Shown: positions 49,545 to 59,772 of the stretch, piece after piece | How positions within the stretch are numbered: position 1 is the stretch's first letter | Layout of the letters: each line of letters begins with the position of its first letter | Made by a program: the position numbers and the translations under genes | Assembly (NCBI GenBank): GCA_963819815.1 | Contig: CAWFXL010000001.1 | Coordinates: forward strand, 416,001-480,000 | Origin: an uncultured bacterium | Lineage (GTDB): Bacteria > Babelota > Babeliae > Babelales > Babelaceae | DNA length: 64,000 nt | Direction: 5' to 3' | The notes under the pieces: generated by a model | What the model was told of the DNA's origin: nothing | Databases searched by the model: none | What the model saw: only the letters and a program-made list of their open reading frames with translations

Positions 49545-52247
49545 TTATTTTCTATTGAGAAGCAGAGCTAAAAGCAGCCCACCTCCCACTACTAAAGCAG
49601 AGCCTTCTAAAACTTTTATTCTAAGTTCATCTTTTTTTGCCGCCTGAGCCTTTACTTCTTGTTCGTATCTCTCTTTATGATATGCATAACCTAATGCATC
49701 GTATAATAGTTCATAAAAATCGCTATCATAATTTTTCTTCTCAAAGGTGGCTACTCTCGTCTTATGGGAACTATACGTAACAAGATCTTGCTTCATACCG
49801 TAGTATAACAGAACACTGCCTTTTGTTGCTTGCGAAAGTGCAGTTTCTCCGTGCGCATCAGCCAGATCAAAATCAGCACCATACTGTTTAAAAAGGACCA
49901 GAAGTTTCCTAAAATCAGCTAGTCCAAACCCATTATCAAAGTGTTTATCACTAGTATTTCTATGCATATTCGTTAGGGCCAAGATCGCCGGCACTAATGA
50001 GGCCTGGACAGTAGGTTGTCCCGCATGCTGAAAAAGTAATTCGAGCATCCCAGCATCGTAGGGTGTACGCGTAAGTGCCTGTACGAGAACATTATTTCCT
50101 TTTGCATCTTGCATATCAATGCGAGCATTATGCTTTAAAAGTGGTTTAACAGCAACAGGACAACGTCTAAGGACACGCATGAGCGCAGTCTCTTTAGAAT
50201 ACCTACTCTCAGGAGTATTAATATCATCTTCGGTTAAGTGTTCTATGAGTAGTTCAACCATGCCTTCAATCGCTTCTTCATGCTCTTTCTTCACTTCTGT
50301 GAGGTAAAACAACGAGTTTCTTTGGTCAGAATCTCGCGCACTCACAGATACTCCACTGCCAATGAGCCTTTTCACGATTGCAGTAAATTCTGGATTAGCG
50401 CAACTTGCACTCACGGAAAGCCTTAACTCTGCCGGCCCAAAAGAAACTCCATGATCAAGCATGCTCTGCACTACCTTACCATGGCCATTCTGAATAGCAC
50501 AAAAAGGTACATGCGTATTTCGATCTACATAGCTAACAATTGCCGGGTCACGACTAATAATAAGCTCAGCAATCTCATGGGCTCCGACTTTTGCAGCTTG
50601 TTCATATGCCTGCTTTCTATCCTCGCTAGTCGACTTGCCCAAAACGAGCTCGCACTTTTTCTTGAGTTCCTGAATCTCAGTATTATTTGATGCTTTTTGT
50701 GCAGCTAGTTCAAGCCCCACTAACTGAACAAGTACACCCTCTCCCTTTTTATCTTTTCCATAAACACTCGCCCCACACTTTAGAAGAAGCGCTACAACTT
50801 CTGAGGATGCTCGACCTAATGCATGCATGAGCGCAGTCTTATAGTCATTATCGATAGTATGAACATTAGCTCCTTTTTCAAGGAGAACTCCAACAATTTC
50901 GACAAATTCAGGCTTTGTAGAACATACTTGAATAGCATGCATTAAAATGGTCATCCCTGTATCATCTGCATAGTTCAGTAGAGTGCCTATATTGTACGTA
51001 AGCATACAGTGCACCATCTTAACATCTCGACGTTTAATCGCCGAGACCAATGCAACTCCTGAAAGCGCGCTTGAATCATGTTTCATAAGGAGATCTACAA
51101 TTTCGAGATCTTCAAAATTACCTCTTTGAGCCGCTCTCTCAAGAGTCATTCTCCCATTTCCTGCTATATACCTACTTAATAATAGATCTACTTTTTGCTT
51201 GAATCTTTTCTTCTCTTCAGGGTTTTCAACCTCTCTATACATTCTAAATGCACACTCCAGTGCTGTTCTGCCTTCATTATCACGTACAGTAACTAGCGCC
51301 CCCCTACTTAAAAGCAATTGAACCATATTACTACCTCCTTCATACGAAAGCGCAGCTATCATAAGTGGAGTGCGTCCTTTTTCATCTACTAGATTAATAT
51401 AAAAGCCCCGATCTAAAAGAAATTTAACTATTCCTGTACGTCCCAAATCTACAACTTTATGAAAAATCGCTGTTAACTCTTGCAATCTTCTTTCTTGTAC
51501 CTCTTTATAAAAAGGAGCCTTCAGTTCTGAAAAGCTATTCGTAGCTCTCTCAATGTTCCCTAAAAGCAAGCAAATAGTTGCGTCGGCATTCTCATTACTA
51601 GTAATTGCATGATCCAATGCCCTTTTTCCTTCATTGTCTCGAATATCTACCCGAGCACCTGCTTTCAGCAGTGCTGGCACAACGTCTTCAGCATGACAAG
51701 AACGGCTAGCAATCATGAGGGCCGTCATACCGCTAGCATTCTGCAGATTAATATCATCATGCACGGCCCTGGGAAGACATTTCTGAATAACACGTCCATC
51801 ATTTCCACTGAGGGCTACCATAAGGGGAGTCTCACCAGCCTTATTAGGTATACCAACCGAAGCCCCATTCACAAGCAAAAAATCTATATCATCTAAGGAA
51901 TCAGACGAACTTCTTTTGATTCTGATCGCATAATGAAGAGCGGCATTACCTGCTGCATCTGTACCATTTATTTTAGCACCGCGGTCAAGGCACTCTTGAG
52001 CCCAATGTTGGTTTCGCATACATGTAGCTTGGCAAAACGCTCCTTGTACATCAGTATTATCACGAATAACTCCGATGACACCTTCCTGGGGCAATTGGTC
52101 CCCTTTAAAGCCAAGACTTTTAAACCTGGACATTATCACTTCATCAGAAACTGTTTTTTCTCGAACTCTTTCAAGAGAAGAAGAGGCTCCAGAGGTACAC
52201 GGAGTTGCAAATAGGCACAATACAATAAGTATATTAGTAGATTGCAT
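49545..52247 (-). CDS. Secreted ankyrin repeat protein with C-terminal hydrophobic tail
   Basis: GGAG RBS; signal peptide; many G.TALM.A ankyrin repeats; ends SALVVGGGLLLALLLNRK. Confidence 0.92.
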   Translation of the reverse strand: MQSTNILIVLCLFATPCTSGASSSLERVREKTVSDEVIMSRFKSLGFKGDQLPQEGVIGVIRDNTDVQGAFCQATCMRNQHWAQECLDRGAKINGTDAAGNAALHYAIRIKRSSSDSLDDIDFLLVNGASVGIPNKAGETPLMVALSGNDGRVIQKCLPRAVHDDINLQNASGMTALMIASRSCHAEDVVPALLKAGARVDIRDNEGKRALDHAITSNENADATICLLLGNIERATNSFSELKAPFYKEVQERRLQELTAIFHKVVDLGRTGIVKFLLDRGFYINLVDEKGRTPLMIAALSYEGGSNMVQLLLSRGALVTVRDNEGRTALECAFRMYREVENPEEKKRFKQKVDLLLSRYIAGNGRMTLERAAQRGNFEDLEIVDLLMKHDSSALSGVALVSAIKRRDVKMVHCMLTYNIGTLLNYADDTGMTILMHAIQVCSTKPEFVEIVGVLLEKGANVHTIDNDYKTALMHALGRASSEVVALLLKCGASVYGKDKKGEGVLVQLVGLELAAQKASNNTEIQELKKKCELVLGKSTSEDRKQAYEQAAKVGAHEIAELIISRDPAIVSYVDRNTHVPFCAIQNGHGKVVQSMLDHGVSFGPAELRLSVSASCANPEFTAIVKRLIGSGVSVSARDSDQRNSLFYLTEVKKEHEEAIEGMVELLIEHLTEDDINTPESRYSKETALMRVLRRCPVAVKPLLKHNARIDMQDAKGNNVLVQALTRTPYDAGMLELLFQHAGQPTVQASLVPAILALTNMHRNTSDKHFDNGFGLADFRKLLVLFKQYGADFDLADAHGETALSQATKGSVLLYYGMKQDLVTYSSHKTRVATFEKKNYDSDFYELLYDALGYAYHKERYEQEVKAQAAKKDELRIKVLEGSALVVGGGLLLALLLNRK

Positions 52248-52573
52248 ACGATCTCCAGATAGGGTTGGCTCAAATGTCTTACCAACTGATGTCTCTCATG
52301 AGATCATCAGACTGCCCCAGCTTATCATGGCAAGACCAATAGGTTTTTCGCGGTAGGTATCTTAAGCAGTAAACACTTCACAAGTCTACTGAGGCTATTT
52401 CTTATCGTCAAATTTTCAGAATAATTTTTAACGCTACAAGAGGCGGTTATTTTTAGTTTGTGCAAGTTAGGAATTAATGAGGACTTTAGGAAGGACTTCG
52501 CTCGCAATGAGAATTACCGGGGTATACACAGCTACCTACCTGACAACAGTATTGCGTAATTTTTTTCCACAAA

Positions 52574-52669
52574 TACTATTGTTTTGCCGGAGAATCGATA
52601 ATACTATTGCTCGCTATAGGTAACAAGAGAAACCAAAAGAACGATGTTAAGATCGCCGGGAGCGCATGA
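52574..52669 (+). pseudogene. C-terminal fragment of a RelE/HigB-like addiction-module toxin
   Basis: YYCFAGESIILLLAIGNKRNQKNDVKIA resembles the Y....IILLL.GG.K..Q..DI..A tail of that family. Confidence 0.6.
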
Positions 52670-52682
52670 TGGGGAGTAATAA

Positions 52683-52913
52683 ATGAAAACTAAGAGCTTT
52701 ACAGCATATCTTGAGAAGCGTTTTAATAAAAATGAGATCACTCAGATTAAAGAACAAGCACAACTTGAGATCAGAATACTCAGGTGGATTCAGAAGTTTC
52801 TTGCCGATACTTCGGCAGTAGAACCAATAAGGGCTTTTCTCCTGCGAGCAATCTTCAGACGCATATCTTCTATAAACTATCCCATTCGGGACGCTCTCGC
52901 AACTCCGGGCTAG
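52683..52913 (+). pseudogene. Probable truncated antitoxin-like gene
   Basis: GGGGAG RBS directly after the toxin remnant; MKTKSFTAYLEKRF N-terminus; no recognisable HTH follows. Confidence 0.45.
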
Positions 52914-53075
52914 GGGACAAAGCCCAATTACCTTTTGCCAAGTAGGCCGCGGTGAGCGCGAAAGGCCTCTGTTTATAAGCTTATTCAGTAAGAAGTTGCG
53001 CCTTTCTTCTATTGGGAGACAAGCCTCATCCTTAGTCGGCGCTTTATGGCCTTTAGGCTGTCAATTTCTTATTTC

Positions 53076-53849
53076 TTAAATGAGCGCTTTAAGAAGCTTA
53101 ACAAAATCACTAACATTTTTTTGCGGCTTGCCTATATATTCTATGAGATCCTTTATAGAACGTTTCAGCCCTTCACTCAGCTGCCTACTATTTGGCTTAT
53201 CTCTAAAAAGCGGTTCAAAGCTTGTGTAGTTAAATATAGTATCTACCGAAATTTGGCTTGGGTTGTCAAAAAGTGGGCGTGCACCTTTTAGATCGAAATA
53301 TCCCTGAATCAGGGTATCAAGAAACTTAGGCATCCCCTTATTTGCATCTATAAACTCAAAAAAGCCCAACTGCTTATAATGACCAGAACCAAGATACTCC
53401 TTAAGATTATCAAGAAAGAGGACAGTATGCTGGGCCTCATCTTGACCAACATTGTTCGGCACCCCTTTTTTACCTTTGAAAATCCCTTCTCGTAAAATAC
53501 CAAGATATCCACCAAACTTCTCCGGACTAAGGTTTCGATTGGCTAAATCAGTAAGAACCTTTTTTATAAATTCTCTTGCTTTTGCAGTATCTGAATAGTC
53601 CTGAATAGTCGCATTTGGATCTCCATCCACAGCTATAGGTAATTCTCCGACTTTGACCGAATCAATTATCATGTCGATGATCGCCTCATTATTAGGCGAC
53701 TTACCCAAAAAGACCGCTTTTCTCAGTAGTTTACTCACCTCGAGATATTTCCCTAAAACACTCAACTTTACTCGTTCAATTTCAGCTTGTAGACTGAAAG
53801 AGCTCGCTAAACTGATACATAACGAGAATCCTAGTGCGGCTTTCTTCAT
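53076..53849 (-). CDS. Secreted hypothetical helical protein
   Basis: Signal peptide ending LQA-E; AAGGA RBS; promoter TTGAAA-18 bp-TATAAT at 53894-53923. Confidence 0.85.
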   Translation of the reverse strand: MKKAALGFSLCISLASSFSLQAEIERVKLSVLGKYLEVSKLLRKAVFLGKSPNNEAIIDMIIDSVKVGELPIAVDGDPNATIQDYSDTAKAREFIKKVLTDLANRNLSPEKFGGYLGILREGIFKGKKGVPNNVGQDEAQHTVLFLDNLKEYLGSGHYKQLGFFEFIDANKGMPKFLDTLIQGYFDLKGARPLFDNPSQISVDTIFNYTSFEPLFRDKPNSRQLSEGLKRSIKDLIEYIGKPQKNVSDFVKLLKALI

Positions 53850-54329
53850 GAATAATTTCCTTATTTTATATATACATTTCTATTCTATATGAAATTATAG
53901 CGTAAATTTTACCCCTTTTTCAAGAGTTTCTATTAATGGAGCCAATAACCCCTGCGGAGGGATAACCTCATGATAGAGTGCACCAAGAACTAGTGCCTAC
54001 TTCAGCATAATGGCATCAGATTGATTAAAATATTGTTCGATTTCATTTAAAAAATTGCATATCCCAGAGTTTGATACTTTATTATCACGTCCAGTACAAT
54101 CCTTTTTGCAATAGCAGTGGCACATGCTACTATTTAACAAAGTTAGTATTTCTTGAAGATGCTTAAAACCACGTACCCAACCCATATCCCAGAATTTGGT
54201 CGCAGGAAGCACTGGGCTGCAATAGCCCAACATATGAAGTATGTTTGGTAGTGCTAGTTAGACACTAAAGGCAGATTTCTTAACCAATTCATCTTGGTAA
54301 TTCATAATGAACTTATTTGCCATCAGTCC

Positions 54330-54893
54330 TTAGCATTTAGCTGCAAGAGGCTTAAATTGAGCCACAGTAATGTCAGCGGTTTCCCTATTAACAGAAAAAT
54401 CTGACGATGCTTCACACTTTGTAACCAAGTCTATTACTCGTACCGTGTAAAGCCCAGCGGAAACATTTTTAAAAATTGGATTACGATCTTGAACCGTATC
54501 TGTGGTTTGATCTGAAAGGAGATTCACCGTTTTACTGAGAATAAACCTATAATTTCCACTTCCGCCCGACACTTTTACTTTGAGGGTACCTGCAGGCAAA
54601 GAATACCACCGCTCTTCCCTCCTGGTTTTCTTTTTAAGCGCAGACTGGGACTTTCTTCGTTGTTCTGCCTCAACTTCAGCCCGCCATTGCTCAAGATCTT
54701 CTGGCTTTAGGCCAGGAGGAGGTGCTATAGGTTCGGACTCCTGTTGTGGGCTGCCTGAATCAACCATCTGAACATGCCCGCGACCTTCTTTCCAAGCGAC
54801 CTTAAATTGAGGACCTTTTTGTTGAGTACTCATCGCCTGAGCCCCTAAAAAAATCCCTATAACTGATAGAGCTAAAATATAATGATGCTTCAT
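54330..54893 (-). CDS. Secreted protein with a single SprB-repeat-like Ig domain
   Basis: AAGGAG RBS; signal ending AQA-M; GTLKVKVSGGSGNYRF...FKNVSAGLYTVRVID...C. Confidence 0.8.
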   Translation of the reverse strand: MKHHYILALSVIGIFLGAQAMSTQQKGPQFKVAWKEGRGHVQMVDSGSPQQESEPIAPPPGLKPEDLEQWRAEVEAEQRRKSQSALKKKTRREERWYSLPAGTLKVKVSGGSGNYRFILSKTVNLLSDQTTDTVQDRNPIFKNVSAGLYTVRVIDLVTKCEASSDFSVNRETADITVAQFKPLAAKC

Positions 54894-55254
54894 AAAATCT
54901 CCTTGAAATCAGAAAAAATCGACTTTTATTTACTATATGAAACAAGTATAGAAAAAATTGTCCCAATTCGTCAATAATTATTAAGTTTAGTAAGAGAACA
55001 CCCACTAGCCAACCTTTGATGCGCTTGCTTGACGTTCTTGTGGTTTCCTGTGTCCTACACCTATCTGAAATAGCTGAGGGAAATTATTTGCACGTAGGAG
55101 CGTTAATAGTGTAATAATACGGCTATGAGCAACTCGAGTCTGAACGGCTGTAGGTTTACTAAACTGAAACCATTTATCATGATATACTTGGTTATCTCCA
55201 TATTCTCTTCGTCGCCGTGTGCCAAATCCTCAAAACGAATATCATTTACAAGTG

Positions 55255-55313
55255 TTTTATCTGTTCCTCTAAGTTCTGTCTTTTTTCTTCTGTTGCGTGA
55301 TTACGAATTTTCA
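55255..55313. repeat. Duplicated 3' end of the 57528-59744 gene
   Basis: tctgttcctctaagttctgtcttttttcttctgttgcgtgattacga closely matches 57546-57603. Confidence 0.85.
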
Positions 55314-55317
55314 GATA

Positions 55318-57321
55318 TCAGTTTCCTTTATAGAGTGCAAGCTCCTGATGTTCTTTGCTGCGTTTCTGCCTAATACGGCACTCGGTCTTGTGGTTCGGCC
55401 AATCTTCTTTTTGACAGTCACTACTACAATAATATGTTTCCATGCATCCTGAACAAGTCATAGTCTTTGAAAGACTACAGAGGGAACACCTTTTTTCCAG
55501 TGCTTTTTCCAACATATCTTCTATTTCTGGATCACGGACGATGGCAAATGCAAGACACTCTTCTTCATCAGAGTTGAACAGTTTTATACCATGTTCAAGT
55601 AACAATTTAACAGTGGACTTATGCCCTCCCTGGACGGCTACATCTAATGCTGAAGCTTCACCAGGACTCTCGGTTGAATTTTTTTTGAGCTTGGTTATTT
55701 CTTGCTTCGCCTCAATATTTGCATGATGGTCTAATAATAATCTTACTATTGAATCATGTCCATTTTGGGCTGCAGCTAATAGTGCTGTACGTTGCGAAAA
55801 TCCCCTAAAATCAATCTGAGCGCCTGCATTGAGCAAAAGTTTAACAATAGATTCGTGTCCCTCGAGCGAAGCTACTATTAATGCTGTATCTCCGTTTTTA
55901 TTTGTTGCATCAACGGCAGCATATGCCTCCAATAAAAGTTCCATAATCTGCATTCGGCCAAAATTCGATGCCATAAGTAACGCCGTACAACCGTGATGAT
56001 CTGGAAGATCAACACTCGCATGCTTTGCCAGTAAAAGCTTAACGACTTCAGCATTATCATAACAAGTTGCAACAATTAAAGCAGTAGCACGTTGCTCATT
56101 TGCTGCGTTAATGTCTGCACCCGCGTCAAGTAATAGTTCAACAATTGAATCATCCCCAGATTGCGCGGCGAGTTGTAAAGCGGTAGCTCCCGTTGCATCT
56201 CTCATACTCACCTTAGCTCCGGCACTCAACAATTCTCTGACAACTTCAGCATGCCTATTTTGACTTGCAATCATTAATGCTGTAAATCCAGAACTTACTT
56301 CGTCTTTATTAAAACCCTGCTGTAATAAAAGCCGCACCTTTGTAAGATCACCTATCGCCGCCGCTGAAACCAAGGAGTTTGGTACGTTCACGATTACATA
56401 TTTGTTGTTTTGTATCGATAAACACGTATTTTTGTGGTTTTTCCAGTCTGCCTTTTGGCACGTTTGACCACAGTAGAAAGTTTTTTTACATCCTCCACAG
56501 GGCTTCGTTTTTGATGAGCTACATACCGAGCACCTAGTTTCTAAAGCTTTTTCTAGCATATCTCTTATTGCTGCAGAAGAATCATTACTTTGGCTAAAAG
56601 CGTTACACAGTTTGCCATCTTGTTTGAGTAGTTTTACGCCATGCTCAAGAAGTACTTTAACGGTTGCTTCATATCCTCTTGCAGCAGCTATATCTAATGC
56701 AGTTACGTCGATGCTTTTGGGTCCATCTTTTGTTTGAACGGTAGTTTTCATGGTACTCTCAACATTCGCACCATATTTTAATAATAGCTGTACTACAATA
56801 TCATGTCCTTTATCAGCAGCCGCTAGTAAAGCAGTGCATCCATCGTGACATACAGCATTCACCTGAGGCGCAGCTTTGAGCAATTTTTCTACAGTTGGAG
56901 CATGTCCATTTTGCGCAGCCATTATTAATGCTGTTACTCCATCTTCCACCGATGCTATGGTGCAATCAGCATTAACGCTAAGCAATTTTGTTACGATATC
57001 TTCATGTCCATTTTGTGCAGCGAAAATTAATGCCGTTTCACCTTTGGAATTTACATCATTAATATGTGCGCCTGAATCAATTAGGTAGGTAACAATTTCA
57101 GGATACCCCTGAAAAGAAGCGACCATTAAAGGAGTAAATCCCAAGCTATCTTTCTGATTGGCACCACCCTTTTTTACAAATTGTTTGACTGCTTGAAGAT
57201 CGCCCTCCTCCGTAGCTTTAAATAAGCGGGCGGCTCCTTGAAGCTTGACATTCATGGGAACTGTTTGCTGTAACGTACTAGTGCACAGGATTAAAATCGA
57301 AATGATTACATATTTTTTCAT
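55318..57321 (-). CDS. Secreted protein with duplicated (ankyrin array plus MYND finger) module
   Basis: Signal peptide; two ankyrin blocks each ending CSxC...CxGC..TxYC...CQKxDWxNHKxxC. Confidence 0.94.
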   Translation of the reverse strand: MKKYVIISILILCTSTLQQTVPMNVKLQGAARLFKATEEGDLQAVKQFVKKGGANQKDSLGFTPLMVASFQGYPEIVTYLIDSGAHINDVNSKGETALIFAAQNGHEDIVTKLLSVNADCTIASVEDGVTALIMAAQNGHAPTVEKLLKAAPQVNAVCHDGCTALLAAADKGHDIVVQLLLKYGANVESTMKTTVQTKDGPKSIDVTALDIAAARGYEATVKVLLEHGVKLLKQDGKLCNAFSQSNDSSAAIRDMLEKALETRCSVCSSSKTKPCGGCKKTFYCGQTCQKADWKNHKNTCLSIQNNKYVIVNVPNSLVSAAAIGDLTKVRLLLQQGFNKDEVSSGFTALMIASQNRHAEVVRELLSAGAKVSMRDATGATALQLAAQSGDDSIVELLLDAGADINAANEQRATALIVATCYDNAEVVKLLLAKHASVDLPDHHGCTALLMASNFGRMQIMELLLEAYAAVDATNKNGDTALIVASLEGHESIVKLLLNAGAQIDFRGFSQRTALLAAAQNGHDSIVRLLLDHHANIEAKQEITKLKKNSTESPGEASALDVAVQGGHKSTVKLLLEHGIKLFNSDEEECLAFAIVRDPEIEDMLEKALEKRCSLCSLSKTMTCSGCMETYYCSSDCQKEDWPNHKTECRIRQKRSKEHQELALYKGN

Positions 57322-57491
57322 AGATCCCTCTGATAGTTAAATTTTATGAGTTCGAAATTAATTTTGGTAGGTTTCATATAGTGCTCTTCGGCAGCGCTTA
57401 GATTCGTTACAAGATTCTTTGTGCTCGCTGAGGCATGAACACCGAGAGCAGTTGTGCCGAGTAACGCCATTACCATAATTATTTTTTTCAT
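57318..57491 (-). CDS. Very small secreted protein or truncated gene
   Basis: GGAG RBS; MKKIIMVMALLGTTALGVHA-S; stop overlaps next start (ATGA). Confidence 0.6.
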   Translation of the reverse strand: MKKIIMVMALLGTTALGVHASASTKNLVTNLSAAEEHYMKPTKINFELIKFNYQRDL

Positions 57492-57527
57492 GCTGGTCTC
57501 CAAAGTTTGAACCTGGTCTTACGATCA

Positions 57528-59744
57528 TTACTCAATTCTAGCTTTTTTTGTCTGTTGCTCTAAGTTCTGTCTTTTTTCTTCTGTCGTGTGATTACGATTT
57601 TCAAAAATAAGTTTCTCAAAGATATCCGTAACACCTTCAGCTATGAGCGACCGAATCTCTTGTTGTCCTTCTTCTGTAGTAAACAATGCTTGCACATCTT
57701 CAAAGGCTTGAGGTAACAAGGGCTGTACACAGGTAAGTACTTTTTCAAACAAATGTTCCACTACGAATGGTTTCGACGCTGTCAGGAGCGTAAACTGTTC
57801 GTGATCATACTGTACTAATTTTGTGGAGGCAACATAATGCCCATACAGCTGGTTGAAGGGCATGCCCTTGCCATGCGCACGCAAAGCAAAGCGTAAACGA
57901 TTGTCTGCGGTACTTTGCTCATTATTTAAATCACTTAAGAATATATCGATAAGCAGGTCTTGTTTCGTTTCATCTTTCAACAGTATTTCAAGAACGACAA
58001 GCAGAGGTATATCATTTTGTCTGAGAAGTCGCATGATAGGCCATATTGTTTTGCGTGCAGTGAGGGCCTTATCAAGACATGGCCTAAAGAGACGGTAACT
58101 TTGCTTTATAAGCTCCTTCAGGTTAACAAGAGATGTTCGTTGTGGTACAGATGCCTCTAGGGGATTTCTTTGAAGAGCAAACGTAAGCGCATCTACTACT
58201 TTTTTTTCACTTACACGCATAACTGAGCGTGGATCTGAACCAGCATCAAGAAGGAGCCGAACACATTCAGAGGATGATGACTGCAGTGCATAGCCTAATT
58301 CAGTAGTTGTAGAGTTACGACCAGTTGTTGGCGGCATTGGATGGTTATTTTGATCTATGAGAGCTTGCCGGTTGAGGGAAGCGCCATGAGCAAGGAATGA
58401 GGTGAGTAAAGGTACGGAGCCTCGAGCTGCTGCCAGATGCAGAACATAATCTCTGCTGTGAACAAGAGCACCCTGTTTAAGCATTGCTTGTACAATATCG
58501 TCTAACTGGCTTTCAAGAGCATATGCAAGCGAATGACTATCTAGTAGAGCGCCATGGGTTCTTAGGAGAGCGAAAGATTCTGGGTCTTGGTTTAGGAGTG
58601 TAAAATTGGCAAGGCTTACTACTCCCCCACGAGCCACTATTGAGGTATGAGGATCACCTTTATGCTTCTCGAGTAAGATTTTAAGAACTTTATGCTTCTT
58701 ATAATAGACGGCTAACCTCATAGCTGTATCAATATGTGCGCTAGTTTTTAAAAGATGATTCACGCAGAGACGCGCTTCTTGAGTAGCAGTACCAATAAAA
58801 GATTTTTCCCAGGCTACCATAAAGGCCGTTTCATCAAGATCTGCACCAGAATTAATAAGAAGAGAGACAACTTCTGGGTGCTCTTCTAGGCAGGCTGCCC
58901 AGAGGGGACTACGCGGATCATCAGGATTAACATAAGCACCTGCTTTAATGAGCGCATCGACACATTCAACATTTCCTTTATAACTTGCAAGAAGGAGAGG
59001 AGAATATAGTGTGGTAGATAATGGGCCCGTAAAGGCATATGAATGAGGAAGTTCCTGTCCAGCACTTGGTAGTTTTACTCCACCTGATTTTTCATTAGGG
59101 TCAGCTCCTGCTGCAAGCAACATAGTGAGTATTCTACTGTTGCCCCGAACTGCTGCAAAGGCAAGTGGAGTAACGCTAGGTATATGCTGATGATTCATTT
59201 TAATGCCAAGGTTGAGTAGAGATGCAATAATAGCATAGTGTTCTTGAAAGATTGCTTGAGTTAAAATGCAATGAGCTGGTACATCTGTATTGATCCACTG
59301 TTTCATAAGATCACTATCTGAATTCTGCCAAGCTTCTGTAAATCGTTTAAATATTATGATATCAATAACGCCTTGAGGTCCGGGGATTACAGCCTTCTGG
59401 TCAAGAAAGAGCATTATACTTTCAGGAGTACCCTCTTCCACAGCATACTGCAATGGTGTTTTGCCAGCTCGAGAATTTGCATTGAGCTGCGCCCCATGCT
59501 CTAAAAGTAAGCGTATGCATGGGCAATGTCCATGCTTTGCAGCAACATGAAGCGGCGCTAATCCATCGGGACCAGGAGCGTTTATATTCATGCCGGCTTG
59601 AATAAGCACCCTAAGCTGCTCAACGTCATTTGCAGCAACTATGCTCATAGCGACCGCGTCATTCTGGGTTCCTTGCATTGCTTGGGCACCATACGAAAGT
59701 CCGCAGGTTCCCCATGCAAGCACGGTCAATAGGTTCAATTTCAT
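57528..59744 (-). CDS. Secreted ankyrin repeat protein with F-box-like domain and NLS-like tail
   Basis: Signal ending AQA-M; ankyrins; LLRQNDIPLLVVLEIL; ends KKARIE. Confidence 0.92.
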   Translation of the reverse strand: MKLNLLTVLAWGTCGLSYGAQAMQGTQNDAVAMSIVAANDVEQLRVLIQAGMNINAPGPDGLAPLHVAAKHGHCPCIRLLLEHGAQLNANSRAGKTPLQYAVEEGTPESIMLFLDQKAVIPGPQGVIDIIIFKRFTEAWQNSDSDLMKQWINTDVPAHCILTQAIFQEHYAIIASLLNLGIKMNHQHIPSVTPLAFAAVRGNSRILTMLLAAGADPNEKSGGVKLPSAGQELPHSYAFTGPLSTTLYSPLLLASYKGNVECVDALIKAGAYVNPDDPRSPLWAACLEEHPEVVSLLINSGADLDETAFMVAWEKSFIGTATQEARLCVNHLLKTSAHIDTAMRLAVYYKKHKVLKILLEKHKGDPHTSIVARGGVVSLANFTLLNQDPESFALLRTHGALLDSHSLAYALESQLDDIVQAMLKQGALVHSRDYVLHLAAARGSVPLLTSFLAHGASLNRQALIDQNNHPMPPTTGRNSTTTELGYALQSSSSECVRLLLDAGSDPRSVMRVSEKKVVDALTFALQRNPLEASVPQRTSLVNLKELIKQSYRLFRPCLDKALTARKTIWPIMRLLRQNDIPLLVVLEILLKDETKQDLLIDIFLSDLNNEQSTADNRLRFALRAHGKGMPFNQLYGHYVASTKLVQYDHEQFTLLTASKPFVVEHLFEKVLTCVQPLLPQAFEDVQALFTTEEGQQEIRSLIAEGVTDIFEKLIFENRNHTTEEKRQNLEQQTKKARIE

Positions 59745-59772
59745 GGTCGTTTTCCTTCTTTATTTTTTTAGT

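Noticed and set aside
53997..54233. 78-aa minus-strand ORF; GYGLG motif in another frame
   Set aside because: Too little evidence for a serine-hydrolase remnant or a real gene
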